From a virus, in IMG/VR virus record IMGVR_UViG_3300008111_000005, positions 1-64,000 of that record: DNA of 64,000 bases. One strand, 5' to 3'. How positions within the stretch are numbered: position 1 is the first letter of the stretch; each line of letters begins with the position of its first letter. This document shows positions 8,167-17,413 of this stretch, piece after piece. A program made the position numbers and the translations under genes. The notes beneath the pieces are model-generated. The model was not told the origin of the DNA, did no database searches, and saw only the letters and a program-made list of their open reading frames with translations.

Positions 8167-9327
8167 TTAAACGTTAGAAACGAAGTCAGCTTGCTCCCAC
8201 GGTACACTAGCGGTAATGTTGGGGTTCACAAAGTACTTCTGCACCACTTGCCGCATGTACGTGCGTTCCGAATCATTACCACCAGCGGGAGAGAAGAAGG
8301 GATAGACACACGCCTCAGCAGCCTCTGCGAGAGTGAACCCATCATTCAACAGACCAGCCATCTCTACCGTCATACGTGATGAGATAGAAGTAGTAACCTT
8401 TGGATCTTCGCTACGAACCTGCGTACGAGTGTGGTCTGCAATCTCTGCGATTGCACGAAGCGCATCGGGATTAACCTCTGGATACGTCATCGTGAGAAGA
8501 GAAAGTTCATCGTCCCTGTTAAGCGGTTCCATCTCGACCACCGAAGCAAATCGGTCCATCATCGCTCGGTCAAGGACACGGGTGGCGGTGTACTCACTAC
8601 CGATATTTGCCGTAGCGATAAACGTTACACCCCTCGCCACCTTAATCGTCGGCGTGTCTGGCATCTCATCAATGCGAAGGTAACGCTGGTTCTCATCAAG
8701 AACCGTCATCAGAATGTTCCAGGCGTCAGCGTGTCCACGCGTCAGCTCGTCAAGAAGAATGATGGCGTTGTCATCCTGAATTGCCTTGACGAACAGAGCC
8801 TCAGCCACGAACGTACCCTTGTCCTTGCTGAAATGGGTATTACCGATAAGCGTGGAGCGGGGATCCTGTGTAGCGCCGAGGTTGAAGTAGTAGAACCGCC
8901 GGCCATCCAGCACGTTTGCGATAGTCTGTGCGGCGAGAGTCTTACCACAACCAGAAGGACCAGTCATCATAATGTTCTTACCACGAAGTACCGAACGCAT
9001 CAGATATCGCCACTTCAACGAATCCATAATCAGATGCGAGGGCTTGAGAGTTTCACAGTTCTTCAAAAACTCTACCACATCATTTTCCAGTTCATTTTTC
9101 ACATTCTCTACCTTCTTGGAGGGAACCGCAGTCTTGCGGAGAGCATCGTAGTCTGCCATATCAGTATCACGCCACTGCGTACGACCAGTCTTGGTGTTCA
9201 ACATACGGAGTGCAGTACCGTTTGCGTTGGCTCGCTTTCGAGCGTGGAGTGGAATATCAACAGTCATGTCATTGCCATGCTGGTCAATTGCCGTGAGATT
9301 ATCCAGAACCTTTACAAGAGTGGTCAT
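8167..9327 (-). CDS. MoxR/CobS-type AAA+ ATPase
   Basis: GPSGCGKT, ILLDELTR, FIATANIG, LDRAMMDRF, SSR motifs. Confidence 0.9.
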   Translation of the reverse strand: MTTLVKVLDNLTAIDQHGNDMTVDIPLHARKRANANGTALRMLNTKTGRTQWRDTDMADYDALRKTAVPSKKVENVKNELENDVVEFLKNCETLKPSHLIMDSLKWRYLMRSVLRGKNIMMTGPSGCGKTLAAQTIANVLDGRRFYYFNLGATQDPRSTLIGNTHFSKDKGTFVAEALFVKAIQDDNAIILLDELTRGHADAWNILMTVLDENQRYLRIDEMPDTPTIKVARGVTFIATANIGSEYTATRVLDRAMMDRFASVVEMEPLNRDDELSLLTMTYPEVNPDALRAIAEIADHTRTQVRSEDPKVTTSISSRMTVEMAGLLNDGFTLAEAAEACVYPFFSPAGGNDSERTYMRQVVQKYFVNPNITASVPWEQADFVSNV

Positions 9328-9370
9328 AATTCCTCAGAGAGTGTAGTTGGTCGTGAACTTCATACTCTGT

Positions 9371-9409
9371 AATATAATACGGGGACTCATCATAAGACAA
9401 GTCCCCGTA
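9371..9409 (-). promoter_or_regulatory. Promoter overlapping a hairpin
   Basis: TTGTCT-18-TATATT with TACGGGGACT/AGTCCCCGTA inverted repeat around the -35. Confidence 0.5.
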
Positions 9410-9453
9410 CATTAGGATTCCATTAATGTTACAATTGTATTAAATAGTATTTA

Positions 9454-10824
9454 TTAATATACTTCTGTCCATGATAAGGTACACCCAACATCGGTACTGG
9501 TTCCTGTCATATTCTTCATAGCGAGTATATAAATTTCGCTATCATTACTAGGAATATTTTGTGAGATGAAATTTACTTTTTGGTTGACCACAGGGGTTTG
9601 TTGTTGACCTGCCACATTGTTTCCACCACCAACACCACCTGCGAAAATAAATCCACCAGAAAGTTCTTGACCACCAGTATAGGCTGTTGCAGTGACATTG
9701 TATTCTACCACCGAGTTAGGATCAAAAGACACCCAACTACCACCTGTTAGTGACGAGGATTGTGGCAGTTTAACTAATTTGTATTGGCAGGTTTGGTCCT
9801 CAGTAAATGCACTCGCGGCGGTAACTCTAACGAATGCACGATTTGGTACACCACTATATGAATTCTTTAAACGGATTGCCATCACTGGTAATGTAGATCC
9901 AGATGATACTGGACGTAACGCAGGGCTACCAAATGCAAAACTGATACCTTGTTCTTCGTATCCACCATCACTCAACACGGTAGAACAAATCTGCTCCATA
10001 CTACCTGTTGCGGCAGGTGCGGATGTATTCACAATTTCACATCGTACTGGAAGGTTTGGATTTGCCATATATACTACGTCTGTTGTGTTTGAGTGGTCAA
10101 AGGTGTGACAGATTACGGTAATACCTTTGTGTACAAATCCACAACGAACACGACCAACACCTAACCATTGAAAGTCGGTGTAGAATAGTTGTGTTTTGGT
10201 AACATCAAACGTAAACGGACCAGATAATAAATTATTAACATTCCAATTTTCTTGTTTAACACGATTTTCTACTATTGACCCAGTTCCATTGGTAGATGAA
10301 CGAATAACAAATTGTAAACTTCCAGTTTGGTCCTGTTCTACGAAAATACCATTAAAATCATCAAAATAACCCGTACGTTTTACTACACCAGGTTCTGCGG
10401 TACCGAATATAAAACTACTGAGAATAGTCTGGCTTTTTCCAGGTAAATAATTGTGATACATTTTTGTTTGATGTATCGCTCGGCTACCGGATGTTAAACT
10501 GGTTTTTAGTGTGACCGATGCTCTGTTCACATTGAAAGTTAAGGACGCTGCACTTGATGTAAAATCTACGAAATTTTTGTCAATGGAATAAATGTGTTTG
10601 TAGTCATTGAGAGTAAATGGGATTGCTACACGTTGACGACCGAATGCATCATACAACGGGTCTACTGAACCACTGCTCAGTGTTCCACCTTGTGAAGATT
10701 TGAACACACCAAGATTATTGTACAAATGTAATAATTCCCATCCATCCTTACCCTTTTCATTCATATTATCCAATGCGTTTGGTAATAATGATGGAAGTTG
10801 GTCTATTTTATATTGTATTGACAT
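9454..10824 (-). CDS. Putative virion structural protein (beta-rich)
   Basis: DAFGRQRV, YLPGKSQ, WLGVGRVRCGF, NLPVRCEI motifs typical of large-phage structural-type proteins; preceded by ACTATTTATA. Confidence 0.55.
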   Translation of the reverse strand: MSIQYKIDQLPSLLPNALDNMNEKGKDGWELLHLYNNLGVFKSSQGGTLSSGSVDPLYDAFGRQRVAIPFTLNDYKHIYSIDKNFVDFTSSAASLTFNVNRASVTLKTSLTSGSRAIHQTKMYHNYLPGKSQTILSSFIFGTAEPGVVKRTGYFDDFNGIFVEQDQTGSLQFVIRSSTNGTGSIVENRVKQENWNVNNLLSGPFTFDVTKTQLFYTDFQWLGVGRVRCGFVHKGITVICHTFDHSNTTDVVYMANPNLPVRCEIVNTSAPAATGSMEQICSTVLSDGGYEEQGISFAFGSPALRPVSSGSTLPVMAIRLKNSYSGVPNRAFVRVTAASAFTEDQTCQYKLVKLPQSSSLTGGSWVSFDPNSVVEYNVTATAYTGGQELSGGFIFAGGVGGGNNVAGQQQTPVVNQKVNFISQNIPSNDSEIYILAMKNMTGTSTDVGCTLSWTEVY

Positions 10825-10850
10825 GTATATTACCCAGAGAAAGTCCAGTA

Positions 10851-10860
10851 TATAAATAGT
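10851..10860 (-). promoter_or_regulatory. Putative late promoter ACTATTTATA
   Basis: Exact 10-mer also at 15688, 19233 and 39468, each 23-33 nt upstream of a start codon. Confidence 0.6.
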
Positions 10861-10872
10861 ACAAATGTAAAG

Positions 10873-10904
10873 AAAATCCCCCGCCAACTCTGACGGGGGA
10901 TTTT
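10873..10904. terminator. Bidirectional terminator
   Basis: AAAATCCCCCG/CGGGGGATTTT stem with A/T tails. Confidence 0.75.
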
Positions 10905-11198
10905 TTATTTTTCTGCCGTTATATTTAAACTATTTTGTACTCTGTCAATCAATCCTTTGGCGAGTTGTTCCAGTTCACCAATACAGTAATTATTCTTTCG
11001 AACTTTCCACGGTTTATTCAAATCGGCATATAACTCACTGACTTCACCGGTTTGTGTGTTGTAATGTAAATACAACCCATACATCATTGCACCCAAATTC
11101 CCTGAATCGTGTTTCCGTTTTCGATACAAATATTTCGAGAAACGATTTAGATGCTCCGCCAATGTCTCATTGCCGTGTGGCCAACTGATATGTGTCAT
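10905..11198 (-). CDS. Hypothetical protein
   Basis: Coupled to the VWA gene by TAATG overlap. Confidence 0.55.
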   Translation of the reverse strand: MTHISWPHGNETLAEHLNRFSKYLYRKRKHDSGNLGAMMYGLYLHYNTQTGEVSELYADLNKPWKVRKNNYCIGELEQLAKGLIDRVQNSLNITAEK

Positions 11199-13450
11199 TA
11201 GGACTTTTTGAGTAGAAGGTTATTCATAGTACGAAGTACCTCAGTTACATTCTGCACATTCACAAACACAGCGTTTTCACCATACATCTTTTTGAAAGCG
11301 ATATGCGAATAGCTGTGGGGTCTGCTAGTTACGTACTCAGAAATGAAATACGACATAACCTTGACACCAGCATCACGCATCGCTTGTACCTGTCGCCGTG
11401 TATGATTGAATGCTTCCTCACCACCATAACTACGATATTCACCACCACGACGAACAGATGTACCAGGTTCACCATCCGAAAAGTTAATGAAGTACGTATC
11501 GTATTCACCAGAGCATTCCGTAATAAGGTCTAGCGTTGCGTTGAAGCACAATCCCTCAGGAGTAGAACCTGTCGGACACAGAGAAGGAAAGAGGTTACGA
11601 ACCTTTTGGAAATTATCAACTCGACTGTCATGCACCACAGCGACCATAGGAATTTCACTATCACCACGAATCGTAACAACAACTTCAATATTACGAATTT
11701 TACTAGCGACATAGGACAATGCAGTAGCCACGGTAATACACTGTTCCCACTTCCTGCCACTCATAGAACCAGACGCGTCCAGAGACAGATGGAGCATCGC
11801 AGGCTTAAAGTTTTCAACCGTGGTTCGCTTGAACACACTCTCAATATCCATACCCAGCTGAGCGAGGATACGGCGGTCAATACGACCGTGATCCTGACGG
11901 GTAAATGTTGTTACAACAGGATCGTTACGAACCTGCAACCTATGCACAAGAACCTGACCCATACGAACACCAGATACCACTGCATTCTTGTTACGTTCAG
12001 TAGAGTACAGAACCTTTTCACCCTTATGATGCGTAACATGCGAAAATGGGAAGAACTCCGACTGCATAATTTGTTTATTAATTTTACGTGTAACAAGACA
12101 CGGGAACATACCGACAATCTTATCACCAGCCTCAACAATCTTCGCATCTGCGGATTCGAGATGCTGAATGTCAGCCCGTTCCTTCGCCTTCAACTTCTTA
12201 CGACGATTCTGACCACGCATTACCTGCTCCATCTTCTTCATCGCATCCAACGCCTTCTTCTCATTGAACTTACCAGGAACAACCGATGACTGCGTGTTGC
12301 CAATATCAAGATTTTCCAAGCCATCCAAATTCATATCAAACTGCACACCATCCATCTGAATCTGCACAGTTTGTGTGGACGTATCCGAGTTAGCCTTTTG
12401 CATCTGCTGTTCATAATCGCCAATGTGCTTCATAATTTCATACAGTACATCATTGGCAACAGTCCACAACGGTGGGAGGGTTTCGTAATCCAACAACGTA
12501 ATATACGAAGGGCCGCCCGAATATGATTTACTACCACCATTGATATACCAGTTTTGCCAAGGAGAATTGGTGAACGAAAAACTCCACTCAGCAAAACGTT
12601 CTGGCATCCGCTTAGTAATATCAAATCGGCGGATATTCTTCAAATCAATCATACCGACCATCTTAGACAGCCCGGGCAGTGCATTGCGGTCAAAGTTCGG
12701 ATGAAAAATATTAATCAACCAGTTCGTGTAATTCTGAAACGTAGGAGTACGCCACGATGGATTGTGCTTCAAGTTTTTGGTAACTTCGGTATTAAAGAAA
12801 TACTTGGTATACATCGCATCGTAATAAGGACGATACCCCGATGCGTTCTTATACACATACGAATCAATACGACGATCTTCGATTACGTTCATAATAACAC
12901 CCAACATCTTCTGCATCGCCAGCACCTGCAAACGAATTTTGTTGAGGCCGATATCGTTACGATTATAATCAATCTGATAATCGGGATGAAGCAGACCACG
13001 GAGTTCAGGACTCAACGCAATGTAGCACTGCTCCCAATTCTTCTCAGTAATCAAATGTTCCAACATATTGAAATCCGAAAGGAGACAATGTGACCCCTCG
13101 TGTAGTGCAAGACCCACCATAGAATCGAAATGTTTCGAATCATCTTCAGCAGCAATTACAACACGCTTACCATCGGTATACGAATCCTTGCCGGAAGAAA
13201 AAGCCACTTCAATCGTTTCATCGTTGGTGAGAATACGAACAAAATTAGCAATAGCTCGACGAACAGAGGCAAGCTTGACAATACGCTCTGGATTTATAAA
13301 GTCATCTTTGATTGTAGATGTGGTGTACTCATCATCATCAAAATCCATCCAATACGAACTGTAATTAGTAGCCTGCTTCTTCTTAACACCTGTCCGCGTG
13401 TTAAGTGTCCACAGAGTTTCTTGTTCATATGTGTCGTAGTATCTTGACAT
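11198..13450 (-). CDS. VWA-domain protein with N-terminal HExxH metallopeptidase-like domain (CobT-like MoxR partner)
   Basis: ALHEGSH, NVIEDRRID; MIDAS DASGSM, TPEG, FSDGEP. Confidence 0.85.
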   Translation of the reverse strand: MSRYYDTYEQETLWTLNTRTGVKKKQATNYSSYWMDFDDDEYTTSTIKDDFINPERIVKLASVRRAIANFVRILTNDETIEVAFSSGKDSYTDGKRVVIAAEDDSKHFDSMVGLALHEGSHCLLSDFNMLEHLITEKNWEQCYIALSPELRGLLHPDYQIDYNRNDIGLNKIRLQVLAMQKMLGVIMNVIEDRRIDSYVYKNASGYRPYYDAMYTKYFFNTEVTKNLKHNPSWRTPTFQNYTNWLINIFHPNFDRNALPGLSKMVGMIDLKNIRRFDITKRMPERFAEWSFSFTNSPWQNWYINGGSKSYSGGPSYITLLDYETLPPLWTVANDVLYEIMKHIGDYEQQMQKANSDTSTQTVQIQMDGVQFDMNLDGLENLDIGNTQSSVVPGKFNEKKALDAMKKMEQVMRGQNRRKKLKAKERADIQHLESADAKIVEAGDKIVGMFPCLVTRKINKQIMQSEFFPFSHVTHHKGEKVLYSTERNKNAVVSGVRMGQVLVHRLQVRNDPVVTTFTRQDHGRIDRRILAQLGMDIESVFKRTTVENFKPAMLHLSLDASGSMSGRKWEQCITVATALSYVASKIRNIEVVVTIRGDSEIPMVAVVHDSRVDNFQKVRNLFPSLCPTGSTPEGLCFNATLDLITECSGEYDTYFINFSDGEPGTSVRRGGEYRSYGGEEAFNHTRRQVQAMRDAGVKVMSYFISEYVTSRPHSYSHIAFKKMYGENAVFVNVQNVTEVLRTMNNLLLKKS

Positions 13451-13547
13451 AATCACCTTTCGTTTAGGGTATACTATAAAGATATATCCCCCTCACCGAA
13501 AAGGAAAGGGGGACATCATTACGTTTTGATTAATATTGTAATAAATA

Positions 13548-14453
13548 CTATTTAACAAATATACATTGTTTATTACCTTTTTTAATTACCTTGTAAGGTG
13601 TTGCCGTTACATCAGTTAACGTATGTATGGTAAATACTGGTGTATCAATTGTGGCTACACCATATTCCGCGGTCCACGTTATTTCCCAATCCAACATCTT
13701 ACATAACATATTATATTCGTATCCATATCCATATTTCGTTGCAATACCAAGATTTTCCAATGCAATTCGTTTAGATTCGGTACAATTAAATGAACACGGT
13801 AAATGTGTAACTAACTTTAACCCAGCCCATCGAAGAAGATTACTAGCCCAGATTGGTGTTGTTTCAGGTAATTCGATAGCATTATATTCACCAAGAATAT
13901 TTTCTGCTTCAACATAATCGGATGTATTGGTAATTGTACAGGCTGCTTGTTGCCACGTTGTATCAATACCACCTCGTCGCATCCACACTTCCGTAAAATG
14001 CTCTGAACAACAATGTGGGTATCCTAATCCACGACCAATGAGATATTCTCCCATAAATACATCACGTTCACGAGTTTTCCAGATGTCATTCCACTTGGAA
14101 ACCAATTCTGGTTTGGTTACAATAGAACGCCATACAAATTGTGCCTGTCCATCCCACGGAAGTGAGTGATTACCGTAGTTACCACTCATATTGTCTGCTT
14201 CTTTGTTTAGTAAAACAATCTCCAATCCATATTTACGAAATTCTGCACGTTTTTGTTCAACATCGGCGGGTCGAATAAACAATAAATGTGCATCACGAGT
14301 TCCTTCAATTACCGAAAGATATTCAATGTGGTTGAATACGCCAACGATATTAGACATTAATTTTCTGTATTTATCCGCGTCTTTTTCATATTCTTGTTTA
14401 AAAGAAATATTAGTAAAGTTTGGACGTTCAATGTCTGTTTTTATAATCTGCAT
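13548..14453 (-). CDS. DUF483-like Cys-rich protein
   Basis: GLGYPHCCSEHF and THLPCSFNCTES motifs. Confidence 0.55.
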   Translation of the reverse strand: MQIIKTDIERPNFTNISFKQEYEKDADKYRKLMSNIVGVFNHIEYLSVIEGTRDAHLLFIRPADVEQKRAEFRKYGLEIVLLNKEADNMSGNYGNHSLPWDGQAQFVWRSIVTKPELVSKWNDIWKTRERDVFMGEYLIGRGLGYPHCCSEHFTEVWMRRGGIDTTWQQAACTITNTSDYVEAENILGEYNAIELPETTPIWASNLLRWAGLKLVTHLPCSFNCTESKRIALENLGIATKYGYGYEYNMLCKMLDWEITWTAEYGVATIDTPVFTIHTLTDVTATPYKVIKKGNKQCIFVK

Positions 14454-14455
14454 AA

Positions 14456-15475
14456 TTACCAATTACCCAACTGTATGAGGTCTATTAATTTCGGAATAAC
14501 TGTCTTTGGCGATGCTTGTTCTAATATTCTACGTTGTCCATTATAAGCAATATTATTTAGTCGCCATTTATTACTAGGTTTAATCCATTCTCTGTGTGCT
14601 TTAATTATCTGGTCGGCTGCTCTCATTGGATTGGAAGCCATACCAATAGACAGCCGTGAACCAACAGGTACGGCAATATAATGATAGTTGGGTATTAAGT
14701 CAATAGCCAGATGATGCGTGTGTTCATATAACATAACGGGAAGTCCCAATGTCCACAATTCATGTTCACGGGAACACCACTGATGTCCTGGTAGTCCTAG
14801 ATTAATTGTATGCGTCGCTGCTTTTCTAAAAAAGTCTTGCATTGGAAGTTTTTTCTCTGTACTACCAACACAAACCTCATCGGGATATTTGTATTCCAGT
14901 GCGGATATTACTTCTCTAATTTTAACCCCATCGTGTAAATAATCATCACGATTATTTCCAAAGAAAAATACTCTATCGTCCAATTGAGATGAATTTCTAA
15001 TATCTTGAATTTCTTCAATCATAGATTCAACAACATTTGGATAATATGGGAAATAAACAAATGGTAGTAATTTCGTAAAATCTAACCACGGATTTTCGTG
15101 ATGATAACGTTCCAGCGAATACTGACCAAGTAACGACATGACATAACCTGGAAGTGTTTGTAGATACCGCGTCACAGATGGAGCGTCTTGTAAATCTACA
15201 ATAACAAAATTTTTTGTTTCGTCGTTAACTATTATAAACCATAGGGAGTCAGGTATATACGGTCCATTTGAACTTACATTAATATCCACTTCTGGAATGT
15301 ATAACACCTTATTGTCTGCACACAAATTAATATAGGTAATATTTGCTTCGTGTCCCATATCAAACAGTACAGTTTTTAATTCATACGCCAGAAGTTCGGT
15401 GAAATATGTGTTGATACCAACTGGACTTGGATTATGTCCCTTATGTGCTGGATGATATATTGTGTAACTCGCCAT
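14456..15475 (-). CDS. Hypothetical protein, possible glycosyltransferase (GT-B-like C-terminus)
   Basis: VFFFGN, LGLPGH..CSREHE..LGLPV, LIPNYHYI, IAYNGQ pattern. Confidence 0.45.
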   Translation of the reverse strand: MASYTIYHPAHKGHNPSPVGINTYFTELLAYELKTVLFDMGHEANITYINLCADNKVLYIPEVDINVSSNGPYIPDSLWFIIVNDETKNFVIVDLQDAPSVTRYLQTLPGYVMSLLGQYSLERYHHENPWLDFTKLLPFVYFPYYPNVVESMIEEIQDIRNSSQLDDRVFFFGNNRDDYLHDGVKIREVISALEYKYPDEVCVGSTEKKLPMQDFFRKAATHTINLGLPGHQWCSREHELWTLGLPVMLYEHTHHLAIDLIPNYHYIAVPVGSRLSIGMASNPMRAADQIIKAHREWIKPSNKWRLNNIAYNGQRRILEQASPKTVIPKLIDLIQLGNW

Positions 15476-15483
15476 AAATACCT

Positions 15484-15654
15484 TTATTGTTTTTCTTCTA
15501 CATAGTCGTCATCATGCCCGAAATCCATTCCCATCGCCTCATAATACATCTGGACATTCCATTCACGGAGGTCATTCCGTGTAGAGTCCCGATGAGAAAC
15601 TTGACGAGGAGTTGATTCTTGCACGAATTCCCGTAACATTTCGTTTTCGGACAT
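15484..15654 (-). CDS. Small hypothetical protein (56 aa, not in ORF track)
   Basis: MSENEMLREFVQES...; GGAG RBS; ACTATTTATA upstream. Confidence 0.55.
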   Translation of the reverse strand: MSENEMLREFVQESTPRQVSHRDSTRNDLREWNVQMYYEAMGMDFGHDDDYVEEKQ

Positions 15655-15715
15655 CGTGTTTCTCCAAGTTTAATTGTGAAAGGGTATTATAAATAGTAAA
15701 ATAAAATTTTAAAAT

Positions 15716-16387
15716 TCATCTCCCCAATTCACGCAATATTTCGTCTTGGAGATTACGGATGTCGGACTGATGTTGGTTGACCGTTTCCTCTATTTCGGCA
15801 TCCTCCACAGGATCCATAGAATCTGTTGGCTTAGGTCCGTCATCCTTTTGTTTCTTGGCGTGTTCTGGGTCAGTTAAACTAGTTTCCACATACTTCTGGT
15901 GGGCCACCCACGGTGCGCCGGTAGTCAAAAACATACAATTATAACATAACAGATGTAGGTTATCTCTTGAAAAATCTCCCATCTTGTCTTTGAAAGTTAA
16001 CATCAACGGGGATTTACCATCTGACAATCGTTTCTCATTAAATCCACACAGACCACATTGTTCATTTAACATATGACGAGCTACCATACGATATTTTAAT
16101 CGTATCATACTATAATCCGTATGCTTGTTGGCAAATATGTCTCGTAGTGGAATACTTTTCGGATTCTTTGCAAATCCCTTGGTGGTACCTAATCCAAGAG
16201 GATTTGAATGCTGGTCATACAAATTATATATCTTGGCGTAACGTCGGTAACGAGGTTCACTGACACCCAACCATTTCGCAGCCTGTCGGTTACTGTTGGT
16301 GTTTCGTTGTGCCTCTTCTATTTCAGATTTCAATAAGGGTATAGACTTTCTACCCGTGTTGGAACTACCTACCTGTTTTTTCGCCAT
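15716..16387 (-). CDS. HTH plus degenerate HNH/zinc-ribbon protein
   Basis: QAAKWLGVS helix; CGLCG...NLHLLCYNC. Confidence 0.55.
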   Translation of the reverse strand: MAKKQVGSSNTGRKSIPLLKSEIEEAQRNTNSNRQAAKWLGVSEPRYRRYAKIYNLYDQHSNPLGLGTTKGFAKNPKSIPLRDIFANKHTDYSMIRLKYRMVARHMLNEQCGLCGFNEKRLSDGKSPLMLTFKDKMGDFSRDNLHLLCYNCMFLTTGAPWVAHQKYVETSLTDPEHAKKQKDDGPKPTDSMDPVEDAEIEETVNQHQSDIRNLQDEILRELGR

Positions 16388-16508
16388 AATTTATATATAA
16401 AACTGGAAATTTCTATTAATATCATTGCGGTCAGACACACCATTAAACAAACTATGGCAACGAAGGTAAATAACGACCAACCAAAAATATTAAAGAGTAA
16501 GGTGAGCA

Positions 16509-17174
16509 TTAGTGTGTAAAATTAGTAATCAATGGAAATAATTTACCAATGGCTTCGGCACATGCTATAGCAATTTCCCGATGTTCTTTCTGCGTTGCTT
16601 CATCACTTCTGATATCAATATAATGAATCCAACTACGAATCGTTCCATTCACATACATACGTGACATTGTAAGTCCTTCCGGAAGAACGGCACGTGCCAC
16701 TTCCTTGGCGATACCTTTATCCAACGCCCATACATAGGCGTCCAACGCTGCATCCCATGCTTCAAGCTGCTTTCGTTGCCACTGTGATTGTAGTGAAGAA
16801 TCCGTGGTTACTATACTTGCCTGACGATTCTTAACGTCTTGTAAACGTGCTTCCCGTAGACATGGTTTCATATCCAATGATTCTACCGAAGCGTATCGTT
16901 GACTGAATTCTTGAAACGTGAAACTACGATGCCTGAGAATCTGTCGGGCAATGTCACGGGTTGTTTCAATTTCAAGTGTAAGATTGGCCATCTCAAATGG
17001 TGACCAATGTTTATGTTTAATCAGATAACTAATAAGTTTATCTGTTGTGTCGGTATTTGTTTGGTTGCTCGGATTACTTACACGAGCACAAAATGCTATT
17101 AAATCAGTAAGGTCACTGTCTGGACCTAACTCTTCGACACACGGAGTTGTGTACGAAACCAATTTGACTTTCAT
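16509..17174 (-). CDS. thyX: FAD-dependent thymidylate synthase
   Basis: HWSPFE, RHRSFTFQEFSQRY signature, AKEVARAVLP. Confidence 0.97.
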   Translation of the reverse strand: MKVKLVSYTTPCVEELGPDSDLTDLIAFCARVSNPSNQTNTDTTDKLISYLIKHKHWSPFEMANLTLEIETTRDIARQILRHRSFTFQEFSQRYASVESLDMKPCLREARLQDVKNRQASIVTTDSSLQSQWQRKQLEAWDAALDAYVWALDKGIAKEVARAVLPEGLTMSRMYVNGTIRSWIHYIDIRSDEATQKEHREIAIACAEAIGKLFPLITNFTH

Positions 17175-17410
17175 TAATGATCACCGTAAATGCTAAATGT
17201 TGGAATTTCTGGTTCGGGGTCTTTCTCTTGTCTGACCATATATATCTTCCCTTCACCCGCATCAAAGAAGTATTGTTTACATTTGGTCTTTTGGAACATA
17301 TATTCTAATGCGGCAGTGAGTGTAGGAAATATACGCGTCCCGTCACCATTAGTTTCACGCCACCTATCACCAGGTGGAACTCTCTTTAAAATTTCTTCTC
17401 GTGTTTCCAT
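17174..17410 (-). CDS. Hypothetical protein
   Basis: Coupled to thyX; RVPPGDRW motif. Confidence 0.6.
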   Translation of the reverse strand: METREEILKRVPPGDRWRETNGDGTRIFPTLTAALEYMFQKTKCKQYFFDAGEGKIYMVRQEKDPEPEIPTFSIYGDH

Positions 17411-17413
17411 AAT

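Noticed and set aside
186-12289. Long antisense ORFs (186-881, 1631-2191, 8431-9372, 11606-12289)
   Set aside because: Shadow frames opposite well-supported genes with biased codon usage; no motifs
8167-13450. MoxR/VWA as a CbbQ/CbbO RuBisCO activase for the RLP
   Set aside because: Such pairs are common in large phages without RuBisCO; they lie >10 kb from the RLP with different promoters and composition
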